Source: Monocercomonoides exilis PA203
Taxonomy: Eukaryota > Protista > Preaxostyla
Reading direction: 5' to 3'
Assembly: GCA_001643675.2 (NCBI GenBank)
Contig: LSRY02000066.1
Location: 1-64,000, forward strand
Length of the DNA: 64,000 nt
Below the pieces are notes generated by a model that was not told the origin of the DNA, ran no database searches, and worked only from the letters and a program-made list of their open reading frames with translations. The position numbers and the translations under genes were made by a program. Below, in pieces: positions 50,492-61,300 of this stretch; within the stretch, counting starts at the first letter, position 1, and each line of letters begins with the position of its first letter.

Positions 50492-52969
50492 ATGGAGTCT
50501 TTACTTACTGTTATGAGTCGGTTGATGCGTGTCTTTGCGCAAGCACGCGTTCCACCTGTTCAATTACCTCAGATTGTTGTTGTTGGATCACAGAGTAGCG
50601 GAAAGAGTAGTGTTATTGAGGCAATTGTCCAGAGAGATTTTTTGCCTCGTGGTTCTGGAATTGTTACACGACGACCGCTTCAATTAACTCTGGTTAATGA
50701 ATCTGCTTCAGGAAGTGATGAAGAATGGGGAGAGTTTGCACATTTGAAGGGGAAAAAGTTCCATGATTTTTCCGAAATAAAACAAGAAATTCAAAATGAA
50801 ACGAATAAAGTTGCTGGAACAGCAAAGGGAGTATCTGCAGAGCCAATTGTTTTGACTATTCATTCTCCATCTGTTGTTAATTTAATTCTTGTTGATTTAC
50901 CTGGTCTTACTAAAGTTGCCGTTGAAGGCCAACCAAAGGATATTGAAAAGCAAATTGCTGATATGGTTGAAAAATATATTTCTCAGGAAAGAACCATCAT
51001 ATTGGCAGTTTCACCTGGACCTGTTGATTTAGCAAATAGTGATTCACTGAAACTTGCACAAAGATGGGATCCAAAAGGAGAACGAACACTTGGTGTCATC
51101 ACAAAATTAGATCTTATGGACAGAGGAACGGATGCGTCTGATGTGCTTCAAAATAGAGTGTTTCGTTTAAGATTAGGATATGTTGGCCTTTGCCTTCGTT
51201 CACAGGATGATATTAACAAGAATAAAACTGTACGAGATGCGCTTAAAGACGAAGAAGCTTTCTTTAGAAGTCATCCTGCATATTCTTCTTTTGCAGATCA
51301 ATGTGGAACAATGTATTTAGGGCAGACGTTGAGCAAACTTCTGTTGAATCATGTTCGAATGTATCTCCCTCAAATCAATAAACAGATTCACGCCCAGCTT
51401 TCACAAACACAACAAGAGTTATTGCGATATGGAGTACCACCCGAGGAACAGGGTGGCTTTGGGGTACTTTTGCTAACAGCTATCAATGAGTTTTCTACAA
51501 AAGTCAATGAGTCGCTTGAAGGTACAGTTTCTGATGAAGGAAGAACCGAACTGAGAGGAGGTGCGCGGCTGAATCGCGTGTTTCGAGAAGTATTTTTGAA
51601 TGATTTGGATCGGACCAAGTTCGATTTGGAGATGTCACAGCAAGAGCTTTTGATTCAAATGAGAAACTCTCTTGGTGTGAATTCACTTCTGTTCATTCCA
51701 GAAAAGTGCTTCTATCAGCTATCGAAGAAGCAAATAGAGCGGTTGCGTGATCCTTGTGTCAGGTGCGTGGAGCTTGCACATGCTGAGTGCAACCAACTTC
51801 TGAAGACAACCCTTCATCATGTGACAGGAATAGAACGATTCCCCAAGCTGAGGCAGAGGCTGCTGGAGGAAACATCGCAAATGGCATATGATCTGATGAA
51901 AAATACACTCACTACAATCAACAACATCATCGATGTGGAAGAATCGTACATCAACACACGCCATCCCGAGTTCCGCACAGAAGAAGTTGTTGCCTCGGTG
52001 ATTATCGAAAAAGAGGAGATGCAAAAGCGACGGGAGATGGAGGTTGAAGAAGCAGCTAAGCACCCAAAAACACAGCAGAAATCATCGTCGAAAGACGGAG
52101 CTGGGTCAAATGCGCAGTCTTCGACTGAGGCCACGTTCAAATATTCCATTTCGCAGAATTCTCAGGCGATGAATCTACAGGCGCTGACAGAGTCAGACGA
52201 GGTGAAGGTGGAGATTGTGCGCAGGTTGGTTTATCGCTACTTCGACATCACTCGCAAGGCAATTGGCGATCTGGTGCCAAAGACGATTATGCACTTCCTC
52301 ATCAACGCCCTCCGCCGCACGATGCAGACAGAGCTGATGAAGCGGCTGTACAAAGAATCCTTGTTTGAGGAGCTGCTGAGTGAAGACGAGGATGTCAAGA
52401 GAAGACGGTCGCTGTGCGTGGATAGGATGAAAGTGCTGCAGGAATCCACACGCATTCTCGATGATGTCTCCTTCTCGTCTTCGATGTTTGATCTGACAAC
52501 AGATTCTTTGGATGCACTTGACTCTCGCTCTGCACCTTTGGATAATCCGTCATCATCGTCTACTCCATCATCATCTTCTTCTTCTTCAAGTTCGGATAAT
52601 TTCTCTCAAAAGCCAACATTTGCTATGTCGTCGGCATCTGCATCTTCATCGTCGACTCAGCCTTCCTCTGGAATGGGAGCAGGAGCGCCTTATTCAACAC
52701 ATAACTCCTCTCAAGCATTCACATTTCCTCCTCCTGTTATGTCTCCAGCAAATCAATCTCTCTCTGGTTTCCCTCCTCCAGCATCCACTTCATCTTCTTC
52801 ATCTCCTCCTTCTTCAATGACTTCTACAAATTCACTCTTCCCTTCGTCAAGGAGCCCAGGAACGTCCCAGACATTTAATCCATACACACCCGTCAATCAA
52901 TTTGGCGGGGTCAGTTCTGGCAATTTGCCCATGATGTCTTCACCTCTCGATAAAAAAAGAAAGTATTAA
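50492..52969 (+). CDS. dynamin-related GTPase (Vps1/Dnm1-type, no PH domain)
   Basis: LPQIVVVGSQSSGKSS, VTRRPL, DLPG, TKLD, middle-domain ELRGGAR, GED YFDITRKAIGDLVPKTIMHFL, then a Ser/Pro-rich tail. Intronless. Confidence 0.95.
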   Translation: MESLLTVMSRLMRVFAQARVPPVQLPQIVVVGSQSSGKSSVIEAIVQRDFLPRGSGIVTRRPLQLTLVNESASGSDEEWGEFAHLKGKKFHDFSEIKQEIQNETNKVAGTAKGVSAEPIVLTIHSPSVVNLILVDLPGLTKVAVEGQPKDIEKQIADMVEKYISQERTIILAVSPGPVDLANSDSLKLAQRWDPKGERTLGVITKLDLMDRGTDASDVLQNRVFRLRLGYVGLCLRSQDDINKNKTVRDALKDEEAFFRSHPAYSSFADQCGTMYLGQTLSKLLLNHVRMYLPQINKQIHAQLSQTQQELLRYGVPPEEQGGFGVLLLTAINEFSTKVNESLEGTVSDEGRTELRGGARLNRVFREVFLNDLDRTKFDLEMSQQELLIQMRNSLGVNSLLFIPEKCFYQLSKKQIERLRDPCVRCVELAHAECNQLLKTTLHHVTGIERFPKLRQRLLEETSQMAYDLMKNTLTTINNIIDVEESYINTRHPEFRTEEVVASVIIEKEEMQKRREMEVEEAAKHPKTQQKSSSKDGAGSNAQSSTEATFKYSISQNSQAMNLQALTESDEVKVEIVRRLVYRYFDITRKAIGDLVPKTIMHFLINALRRTMQTELMKRLYKESLFEELLSEDEDVKRRRSLCVDRMKVLQESTRILDDVSFSSSMFDLTTDSLDALDSRSAPLDNPSSSSTPSSSSSSSSSDNFSQKPTFAMSSASASSSSTQPSSGMGAGAPYSTHNSSQAFTFPPPVMSPANQSLSGFPPPASTSSSSSPPSSMTSTNSLFPSSRSPGTSQTFNPYTPVNQFGGVSSGNLPMMSSPLDKKRKY

Positions 52970-53373
52970 ATATTTTATTGTCTTTAAAAATGTGAAAGAT
53001 ATTTGATGGGAAAGAAAATTGCATTTTATGTTTGTATTAATTATATAAATTAGTAATGACATTTCGCTACTTTACTCTTACTATTTTAAGCATTGATTGA
53101 TCGAAATTTTTCATTTTTTCGATCTTAGATTGCATCTTTATATTCATTTTTGGTAACTTTGTGGATTTGCGAATTTTATTTTTCTTTATTAAAGCAAAAA
53201 TGAACAAGTGTTTGAAGATGAAAAAAGAAAGTCTTGTTTTTAATGTTGAATAACATCAAAGCGAAATGTTTTGAATAAATTTTTAAATATAACTTTATAA
53301 TTTTTTTAGCCAAAAGAGAAGATCAATCAATATGTTCAAATAAACTGCATTTTTTGATAATTGAAAAAAAAAA

Positions 53374-54043
53374 TCAATGATGCATTGGTTGAAAAGAGTT
53401 TTCTTGTGATGGATAACGATGAGATAACTCGTTTTCTTCTTCGTTTTCGGTTTCTTGATTTTCGTAATTATGCGCATGTGAATGTATGTCTTCTGCAGAA
53501 TCATCGTCAAGAATTTTGTTATTCCAATTATCTTTCAGCAATTCTTCTGCAAGTTCGAGGTGGTAATTAGCCAATTGAATTTTTCTTTTTGTTAAAATTT
53601 CAGATTCCTTATTTCGTTCAAAGTTTTGTCTCGACTGCAGCGGAGTTGGTAATTCCAATACGTCTTTAGCGTTTGCTGCTTTCTTTTTCAAAAAATTAAT
53701 AATGTTATGTGTCACTTTCTCGGCTTGGTTCTTCAGTTTGTAAATCTCAGGAGTACTTGTTTCTGGTATTCTATGTGAACTTCCTTGAGTAAGCTCTTCA
53801 GCAAAACAATTGTAAATGGATATAATCTTTTTAAAAAATAAAATAAAAGACTTTTAATAATTGAAAAAATTAACCTCAAGAAATATTAACATTTTCGGTT
53901 CAAAAATGCATTACGAATAATTAATTAGTAAATGCAAATTTTAATCATGATTTAAAAAGAAATTACATTCAGGAATCTCGAATGTTTCGCAATATTTCAA
54001 AAGGACCATTATAAAATATTATTTGAGAGAATATTCTTCCATA
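53374..54043 (-). CDS. hypothetical multi-exon protein or remnant, 5' end abutting the repeat array
   Basis: Open frame from ~53826 to 53374 preceded by AG/GT-bounded short exons. No recognisable domain, and an upstream in-frame TAA. Confidence 0.35.
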
Positions 54044-54186
54044 TTAGATACAATGAGAATAGAAATGTTTTATTCGAATAAATATAACTTATTCAAATAA
54101 ACAAAGTTTATTCGGAATAAATTATTTTTATTGGAATAATAAAAATTAATTGGAATAAACTCTGGCTTTTCGGAATAACTTTTTTC
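54041..54186. repeat. left array of ~20-bp units with palindromic core TTATTCGAATAA
   Basis: About six degenerate units visible. Confidence 0.85.
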
Positions 54187-54579
54187 TTAGAAAATTTATT
54201 GTGGTATTCAAAAAAATTCACTTGAATCACATTCTCAAAAAGCATTTATATGTTAATTAATTCCACTTATATTTTGGAAAAAACTATTTAATAAACAAGA
54301 TTTTGTTTTAATGCATTAGGATTAGAAATTTTTGAAATGTTATTAAAAATGAATGATGACATAAAATATTCTTCAATTTGCAACTAATAAAAGCAATCAA
54401 AAATAGACTTACAGTTAGCAATAAATTATAATTTATCATTTCGCTATATTTGTTAATTCTTTATTGTAATTTTTCCATCTATATTTCACATTTATGATCA
54501 AACAGGATAAAAAAACCAAAAACAATATCCAATTGCAAAAGGAGAAGTAATTGGATGAACAACATTTTGCTGAAATTGT

Positions 54580-56320
54580 TCATGATACCTGATTATTCAT
54601 GTTGTTCGCCCCTCCACTTGAAACTCTATCAGTTGCAGATGATGATGTTCCAGTTGTTTTTGTGTCATTCCATTTGCATTCAGAAAATGAATTCTCCTGA
54701 TCGTCTGCTATTTGCTGTTTCATTAACTTTTGTAGATTCCTTGCACTTTTATTGACTGCAGCACTTCGAGATCGATAGAACCCGATGAACGAATTGTTAG
54801 TGGAGGAAAATGAAGGTTTGGACAATGAAGAAGAAGAGCTCGGGATGAATGTGCAGAGGGACTTCTGTGTGAATGAAGAGGAGTCGGTGGATGGAGATTA
54901 CAGCATGAATGGGTTCTACGGACTTCCAACAAGAACAGAAGGTGAAGACAATTGTGTGTGTGGCAAGGGAGAAAACGGAGTGGTGGCAAATGTTGAGGAG
55001 GCTGTGATGTTTTGAGTGTGCAGCTAGGCAGATGAGAATGTGCTGTCGAATAATCAGAATATTTGCTATGTTCACTTCTCAACCTCTGCCCCTTTTTTTC
55101 TGTTGCTTTATGTGCAAGTCTTGTATCGAAAGCGTCTATTTTCGATGTGCAAAACTCGTCTTTCTCCTTTGTCTTCGTCTTCGCCTTTGGTTCTTCCTGC
55201 TGTCTCCCTTTCCTCTGCTCTGCGCTCAATTTGCTTCTGAAATCCGCTTTCTTTGACTCTTTAATTTGAACTTGAACTCCTCTCTCTTCGCTTCTCGGGG
55301 TGATATTAAGCAAGTGGATGACTGTGATGTGTCTGGCAGCTTCTTCCTCTAATTCCCATTTCCCCTCGATATCTATTCGCTCAATCAGCACAGTTATCTC
55401 GCGGAAGCCGTTCAAACCTCCAAGCAGTGCAGGATGTACAGCTGTGGAAGATGAAATAAATCATGATGCACATTCATAGAAGCTGCAGAATGCATTGATG
55501 GCGAAGAAGAAGAAGAGGGAGAGGGAGAGGGAGAGGGAGAGGAACAGGACGATCTGTTCGAAGATTGAGGATTCTGCGGGATCTGGATAGAGCTAGATAT
55601 TCCATCTCTGACAGCTGAAAGAGAAATGTCTGTCTTGTCTTGCCCAGCCAAAGAGCTGCCCATGCAATCAGAACAAGGCTATGAAAAAAGCAGGTTAGTT
55701 GTGCTTGCCTGCTTCTTGCTTCCAACTGCTCACAGATCAACTCCACAAATACTTTTGGCATGAGATTCTAGTTGCATTTTATCCAATACTCAAATGACAC
55801 GTAACCAAGTTCCCACTTGCCATACTCATCCCGCGCGAATCACTCTTGTAATTACCATCCACAACAATTTTCCGATCTTTCATCCCAGTATTCAGCTCAT
55901 TCATCTTTTCTGCATGCTGATTGTCCAAATCCATGAATTAACAAAATTACATCCGTTTCATACTTTCTGAACATCAATATTTGTTGTGTAACATTCACAG
56001 AATGAGTTATTCGACGAAAAAAGTTTGTGATCATCTCGAAAATACACGTCGTGGCCATAAGGAGTTGAATTACTGCAACAGCAATCGTGGAAGAAGATGA
56101 AATAACAATTATGATAGTCACTTGGAGCTTCTGATTGATACTGCTTGAAATCCAATCCTCCACCTCTTGTTGATGTATTGCACAAAATGAATAGGACATT
56201 TCTTATTTTGATTTGTGTTGTAGGAATGAAGGAGCAATAAAACTCTCTCCATCGAAATTTGAGAAAGAATGAGAAGTATTAAAGTACAAAAACATACGGA
56301 CTCTCCCCTTTGCAACATTC
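54580..56320 (-). pseudogene. degenerate Ser/Thr protein kinase-like pseudogene
   Basis: Kinase subdomain-like segments in order: IQLLMATTCIF..ITHSVNVTQQILMF..VILLIHGFGQSA (VIa-VII-like), NYKSD..(IX-like), VFVELICEQLE..R (XI-like), then a Ser-rich tail. Many stops and frameshifts. Confidence 0.5.
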
Positions 56321-56760
56321 TGCTCCAAATTGGATTTTCTCATTTGAAATTTTACGAAAGGAAATGCTTATTCGTAATCTGTATTATATGTTTGATTTCA
56401 ACTCAATTCCGTTAATCGATTCTATAAATAATTTCATCAAAAGCCTGCCATTCCTTGCATAATCAACGCTTTTTGTTTCATTGAGTTAAACCCTTCAAAT
56501 ATTGAACATCATTATGATCCATTCACATTTATGCAAATTTCATCTTTTGTATTTGAAGTGTTTCTTGTAATTCTATTTGATCTCCAATCCTATGGCAGAA
56601 ATTTCCAGTTTTTCTTTTAATTGTTTGAGACCATAACTGTTCGAAAAAAATTTTCTGAATAGCATTTCGATGAATAAATATTGTTTATTAATCTTTAAAT
56701 GTTCTGAATATTCAGTGCATTCGAACTGATAAAAAGGATCATTAAAATTTTTGTTGAGGG

Positions 56761-56900
56761 ATTAATTGGAATAAACTTGGTCTTTCTGGAATAAATTTTT
56801 TTTATTCGAATAAACTGGTGTTATCTGGAATAAACTTTGGTTATTCGAATTATTATTTTTATTTCAATAAAATTTTCTTATTCCAATACCATCTATTATT
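56761..56900. repeat. right array of ~20-bp units with palindromic core TTATTCGAATAA
   Basis: About seven degenerate units visible. Confidence 0.85.
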
Positions 56901-57065
56901 TTTTTGATATTTGATTTATTGACCTAATTCTGAATTATTATCTCATTTCCAAAAAGTTAGCGAAAAATATAAAAAGAAAATAAATTCTCAAAAAAATCTC
57001 GAAAATAAGAAAAAGATTAAATCATTCACGAAAGAAAAAATGTTGGTATTCAATCACAAAAACAT

Positions 57066-57315
57066 CATATGGATGATTCTTTTTGAAAAGTCACAAATGT
57101 TTAATTTTCTGATAAATCTAAAATTTCATATTTCGCTAAATATTTTGTCAACAAATATCAAACTTCACTAAAATGGAATCTCTTTCTTGATAAAGCTATT
57201 TCAAACATTCTTGAGAAGATTTGTGAGTGGAAACAGAAATTTGAGCAAAAAATGAAAATTTTGAAGTATTTGAAAATTAAACATTTGTGACTTTTCTTAA
57301 AGAATCACCCATATG
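57066..57315. mobile_element. 250-bp MITE with ~45-75 bp terminal inverted repeats (Tc1/mariner-like ends)
   Basis: catatggatgattctttttgaaaagtcacaaatgtttaattttc pairs with gaaaattaaacatttgtgacttttcttaaagaatcacccatatg (3 mismatches), with TA/ATAT at both ends. A further TIR-like tatatgggtgatt lies at ~57481. Confidence 0.78.
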
Positions 57316-58334
57316 GTTAGTGCACAACATACAGATATTGCATAAAATACAGGACAAGATCGATTTCTCAATAACTGCAAGAGAAAAATTCAGTAAATTT
57401 TCTTCAAAATACATCACATAAATACAAACTCATTTGATATTTAAGACTTTCAAAACTTCCTCGTATATGCTCAGAAAAAATATATGGGTGATTTTTTTTG
57501 ATATCATAAAAAAAGATCAAAAATCGAAAAAATAAAATCAATTGTGGTATTTATTGATCAAAGAGTTAAAGATGATTTTTTGCAAGTATTTAGCTTTTAT
57601 ATCTGTTATATATATTTGTTTTATTTATAAGAACAAAAAAACATACCTTTTTTCATTTAAAAAAGTTTTTTGATCAAGTTTTATAAAAATAAACCTAAAA
57701 TTTAAAAATATAATCACAAGTTTCAAAACTTGCAATACAAAAATTTTTGAAGAAAATATTATTTGTTGAACATTATGGATGGCTTTATATACATAAAATT
57801 TGTGAATTTTCAAAAGAAGTTGCGATGCGTTTAATATTAATTTTGCTGAAACTTCATCATTAAGTTCCTGTTGTTGCTGAGCAGTTCAACGGATTCGTCA
57901 AATGGAGATAATGTTGAAAAGGATGCAACAAACAACGGGAACAAAATCGTTGCAAATGGTGGAATTGATGCAGATGCTTGTAGCAAAACACAGAAAAACC
58001 CATTTGCCACGATGGAGCATGTTCTCGGATGCGTTGCTCCCTTCAGCGATGCCTCCCTCTCCCTTCTCGTCTCCACTTTCACTCCCACAAACACTCTCAC
58101 ATTCCGTGCTCCAAATACAAAAATCACTTGAAAAGATGTATTTTTTCTGTTTTCATCAGAAGTTTATTTTTTTCAATCAATCTTTAATCTCCGCTCAGAC
58201 AAAAATATTTCTTCTTCGTTTCTTCATCAAATTTTAATCGTTTTCCATTTCACTTCATATTCATGAGATTTTATCGTATTTTCTACTGAAGTATATATCA
58301 ATGCATTTCTTTCATGGAGCAAAATCAGTACAGG

Positions 58335-61300
58335 TTATATTATTTCTTCTTCTTTTCTTCAAATAGCATTTCTTCAATCATATCAACAAGCTCTTCAAAA
58401 CCTTCAATTTCTTTTGCCATTCCCATTTCTCCTTTTTCATCCGCTGCAGACGCACTTATTTCATAGAATTATCCTTCGACTATTGATTTTCCTAAAACAA
58501 CCGCTTTCTCTCTTTGTTTCATCTTCTGTGATATGTTGAAGGCGCATGCAATAATGCAACCTCTCGAAGATCATCCACATAATCGTTCGTTCCAAATAAC
58601 GTCTTCTGCCCTGCTCCTTTTGTTTTCTGTGAATTCTTTCAGCTTCCAAATAAAAAAAGTCAGATTCGATCTTCATGGATTGTGCACCCGATGATCGGCT
58701 TTTCTTGGTTTGATATTGAATCACTTCCGTTGACATATAATTTCAGCTGATATTCTGAGATAAAGCAAATATACGTTTTGTGCTTCCGAAAAGAAAATAA
58801 AAGATGACGCTTGGCACTGAATTCGATGAGAATTTGAATGAAATGGAAATGACAATTTTATTTGTTGTTCGTTGAAGAAGGTTGATGAAAAATAAGGAGT
58901 TGAAGGAGAAAATGAAGACAATACAAAAGGATATAAAGGATGAAGTTGCGATTGATCAAAATCATGTGGTATATAAATATTATCATTAATCTGGTTGCTC
59001 CTTCGTCTTTGTATTAATCTGGCTCTTCTGTCTGTTCGACTGTTCATCAAGCACAATGAAGCACTATCGCCCTGACTGCATATGGCAAATGTATTACTTT
59101 GATTCAATCTCTGCTGTTCTTGTTCCATTGTCTTTCCAGTTCAATCATTACTTTCATCATCTATTTCCATATAACTTGAATCTTCATCTAATTCGATATC
59201 AGCACCGTCATCTTCATTATCACTTTTATTTTTGTATGACAAATTCATTTCGCTCATCAGGCGCATCCACCACACAAGTGAATACGGATCAGAAAGAGAC
59301 GAAGGAAAGCGTCTGTGAAGAGGTTGAAACATGTGCGGAACAAGCGGTAACTGTGACGCCTTTGCAATTCGATTGAAGTCCCAAGGAGAAGAAGAGGTGG
59401 AAGACTGTGTTAAGTCAAACAATGAATAAGAACAAGGTGATTTTGATGTCTCAGCCAACGAAGGTGATAAAGGCGAAGATGAATAAGTTTGAGAAGAGGG
59501 ATGCATAAATGAATAACATGAAGCGCCAAGCAGTCTAGAAACACGAAAATATGGTGAAGAAAATGAAGTTTGACGGAAAATAGGGTGAACTTGTTGAATT
59601 TCAAATGAACACGAAGAAGTTTTGTCCATCTGTTCTTCATTCTTTTTCGTTTGAATTCTATCTTTCATTTTTGAATCAGAATAAGACTCATTCTTCGAAT
59701 CATGCCTTTTACAACTTTCTTTTTCATTGCGTTTTCTTTTTTCAATCTTTTCCTTCAGATTTTTGCTCAAAGAAAATTGAGAAAGTTCTGTTTCTTTCCT
59801 TTTCAGCTTTTCCATCAAAACAGTTCTGGCAACTGCTTCCTTTTGCTTCATTTGTCTGAAATACGTTGGATTCTTCTGCTTTTATTCTGCCCTCCGCTGC
59901 TTCATTGCTGTTGACATAACAAACATCAGCTCATTTTCTTCTTCGCGAAGAAAAGACATTCCGTCTGCTTCTTCAAAACGGCGGCGTCGAAGTAATTTTG
60001 GATAATTGTTTGAATACGAAGAAGAAGAAGAAGATGATGATGATGTTGTTGTTGGGGTGAGTGAATCCAAATGTGGCAGAGTTGAAGTTATCGCAGAGTC
60101 ATTTTCTTGTCTCAGTCTTCTTTCTCTTCTCCACAACGCACGAGCACATCCAATCCTCTTCGGGAGCACTTCTTTTCTCTTCATCTTTTCTGTCGTGTCT
60201 GCCCATCTCCACATTCTCATTTGCCATCGATGGAGCAGTCAGTGCTCGTGTAACAACACCACTATCACACAAAGATGGGCGTGCTTGTGTCTCCACTCCC
60301 TGAAGAAGGAAGCGCAGAGCGGGGTCTTCGAGCGAAGGAGCAGACAGATCTCCGCATAGAATGATTGGATGGATGCGCTGGGCAATCGGCTGTGTGGAGG
60401 CAGAGTTGAGTACACGAGTGCCTTGTATCTTTTGTGGAAATTGCCTCTCTGTCTCGTTAATTGTCACTTCTCTGTTGATACCCCGTGTGAGCTGCATAAG
60501 CTGCATGAGGCGAATGGAGCTGGCTGCTGAAGGAAAGATTGAAGAATGAGAAAACGAAGAGGATGTTGACGAATATGGCTGTTGCTGTGTTTGAGAAACA
60601 GATTGGTTTGGCAGGTCAAACAAAAGAGCATTCACAACGAATATCTTTTTTGAGGGAACGAAATGTCGTGTTGATGAAACAGCCTGCGATTGTTGAGAAA
60701 GAATTACTGTTTGTGTCCGAGTGAGTGGAAGACGCCTTCTGAACATCACACGAGACGATGAAGAGGAAGAGTGAATTGGGCAAATAAACTTTTGATGATG
60801 TCTGCCTGTTGAATCTTTGTGATGATGATGATGATGACGTCTTTGAATATCATCATCAGGAAAGTGTGAAGGCGAAGATTGCATTTCATCTAATTGGTCA
60901 TCTTCTTCTTTTTTCGTTTCATAGTCTTGTCTATCTTCTTTTGTTCTCTCTGTTAATTCATCACTTTCTTTCTCCTTCTCTTCTTACTCCTCTTCATCAT
61001 CACTGCAACTTTCAGACTCAAACCCTTCCTCGTTCTCCTTTGCAGCAGCCTCTCTAATCTCATTCCACGCATCCTGGTCTGCATCTTCATACACAAGCCA
61101 CTCTTTTATCAGTTCACCCAGCCACATTTCTCTTCGCAGGCGCTGCGGTTTCGGTGACAGCATTGAAGCAGCTTTCTTTTTCTTTGCGACTGCTTGCTGT
61201 TGAGAGGGAACAGGATACACAGGAAACGAATGCCTTGAACTGGAATGCGGAAGCAACGCTTCTGAAATCAATGGTCTCTTTTGAACAACAGCAGTTTCAT

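Larger units (their letters stand above)
54041..56900. mobile_element. putative non-autonomous foldback/Pack-like element bounded by ~140-bp imperfect inverted arrays
   Basis: Arrays at 54041-54186 and 56761-56900 align as inverted repeats (for example aataaacaaagtttattc versus reverse-complement aataaccaaagtttattc). No TSD or transposase found. Confidence 0.55.

Noticed and set aside
19022-52820. Numerous antisense and alternate-frame ORFs overlapping long genes
   Set aside because: These are shadows of GC-richer, low-complexity coding sequence (poly-Ser/Glu complements).
18798-52969. TAA/TAG to Gln recoding as in some oxymonads
   Set aside because: Multi-kb ORFs contain no internal TAR, and FANCD2, RRP42 and dynamin end at TAG/TAA.
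54041-56900. CRISPR-like array
   Set aside because: Units are ~20 bp and degenerate, with no spacer-length unique sequences, no cas genes and a eukaryotic context.
57871-58131. 86-aa plus-strand ORF
   Set aside because: It starts at a non-ATG codon, has no recognisable domain, and is probably a fragment.
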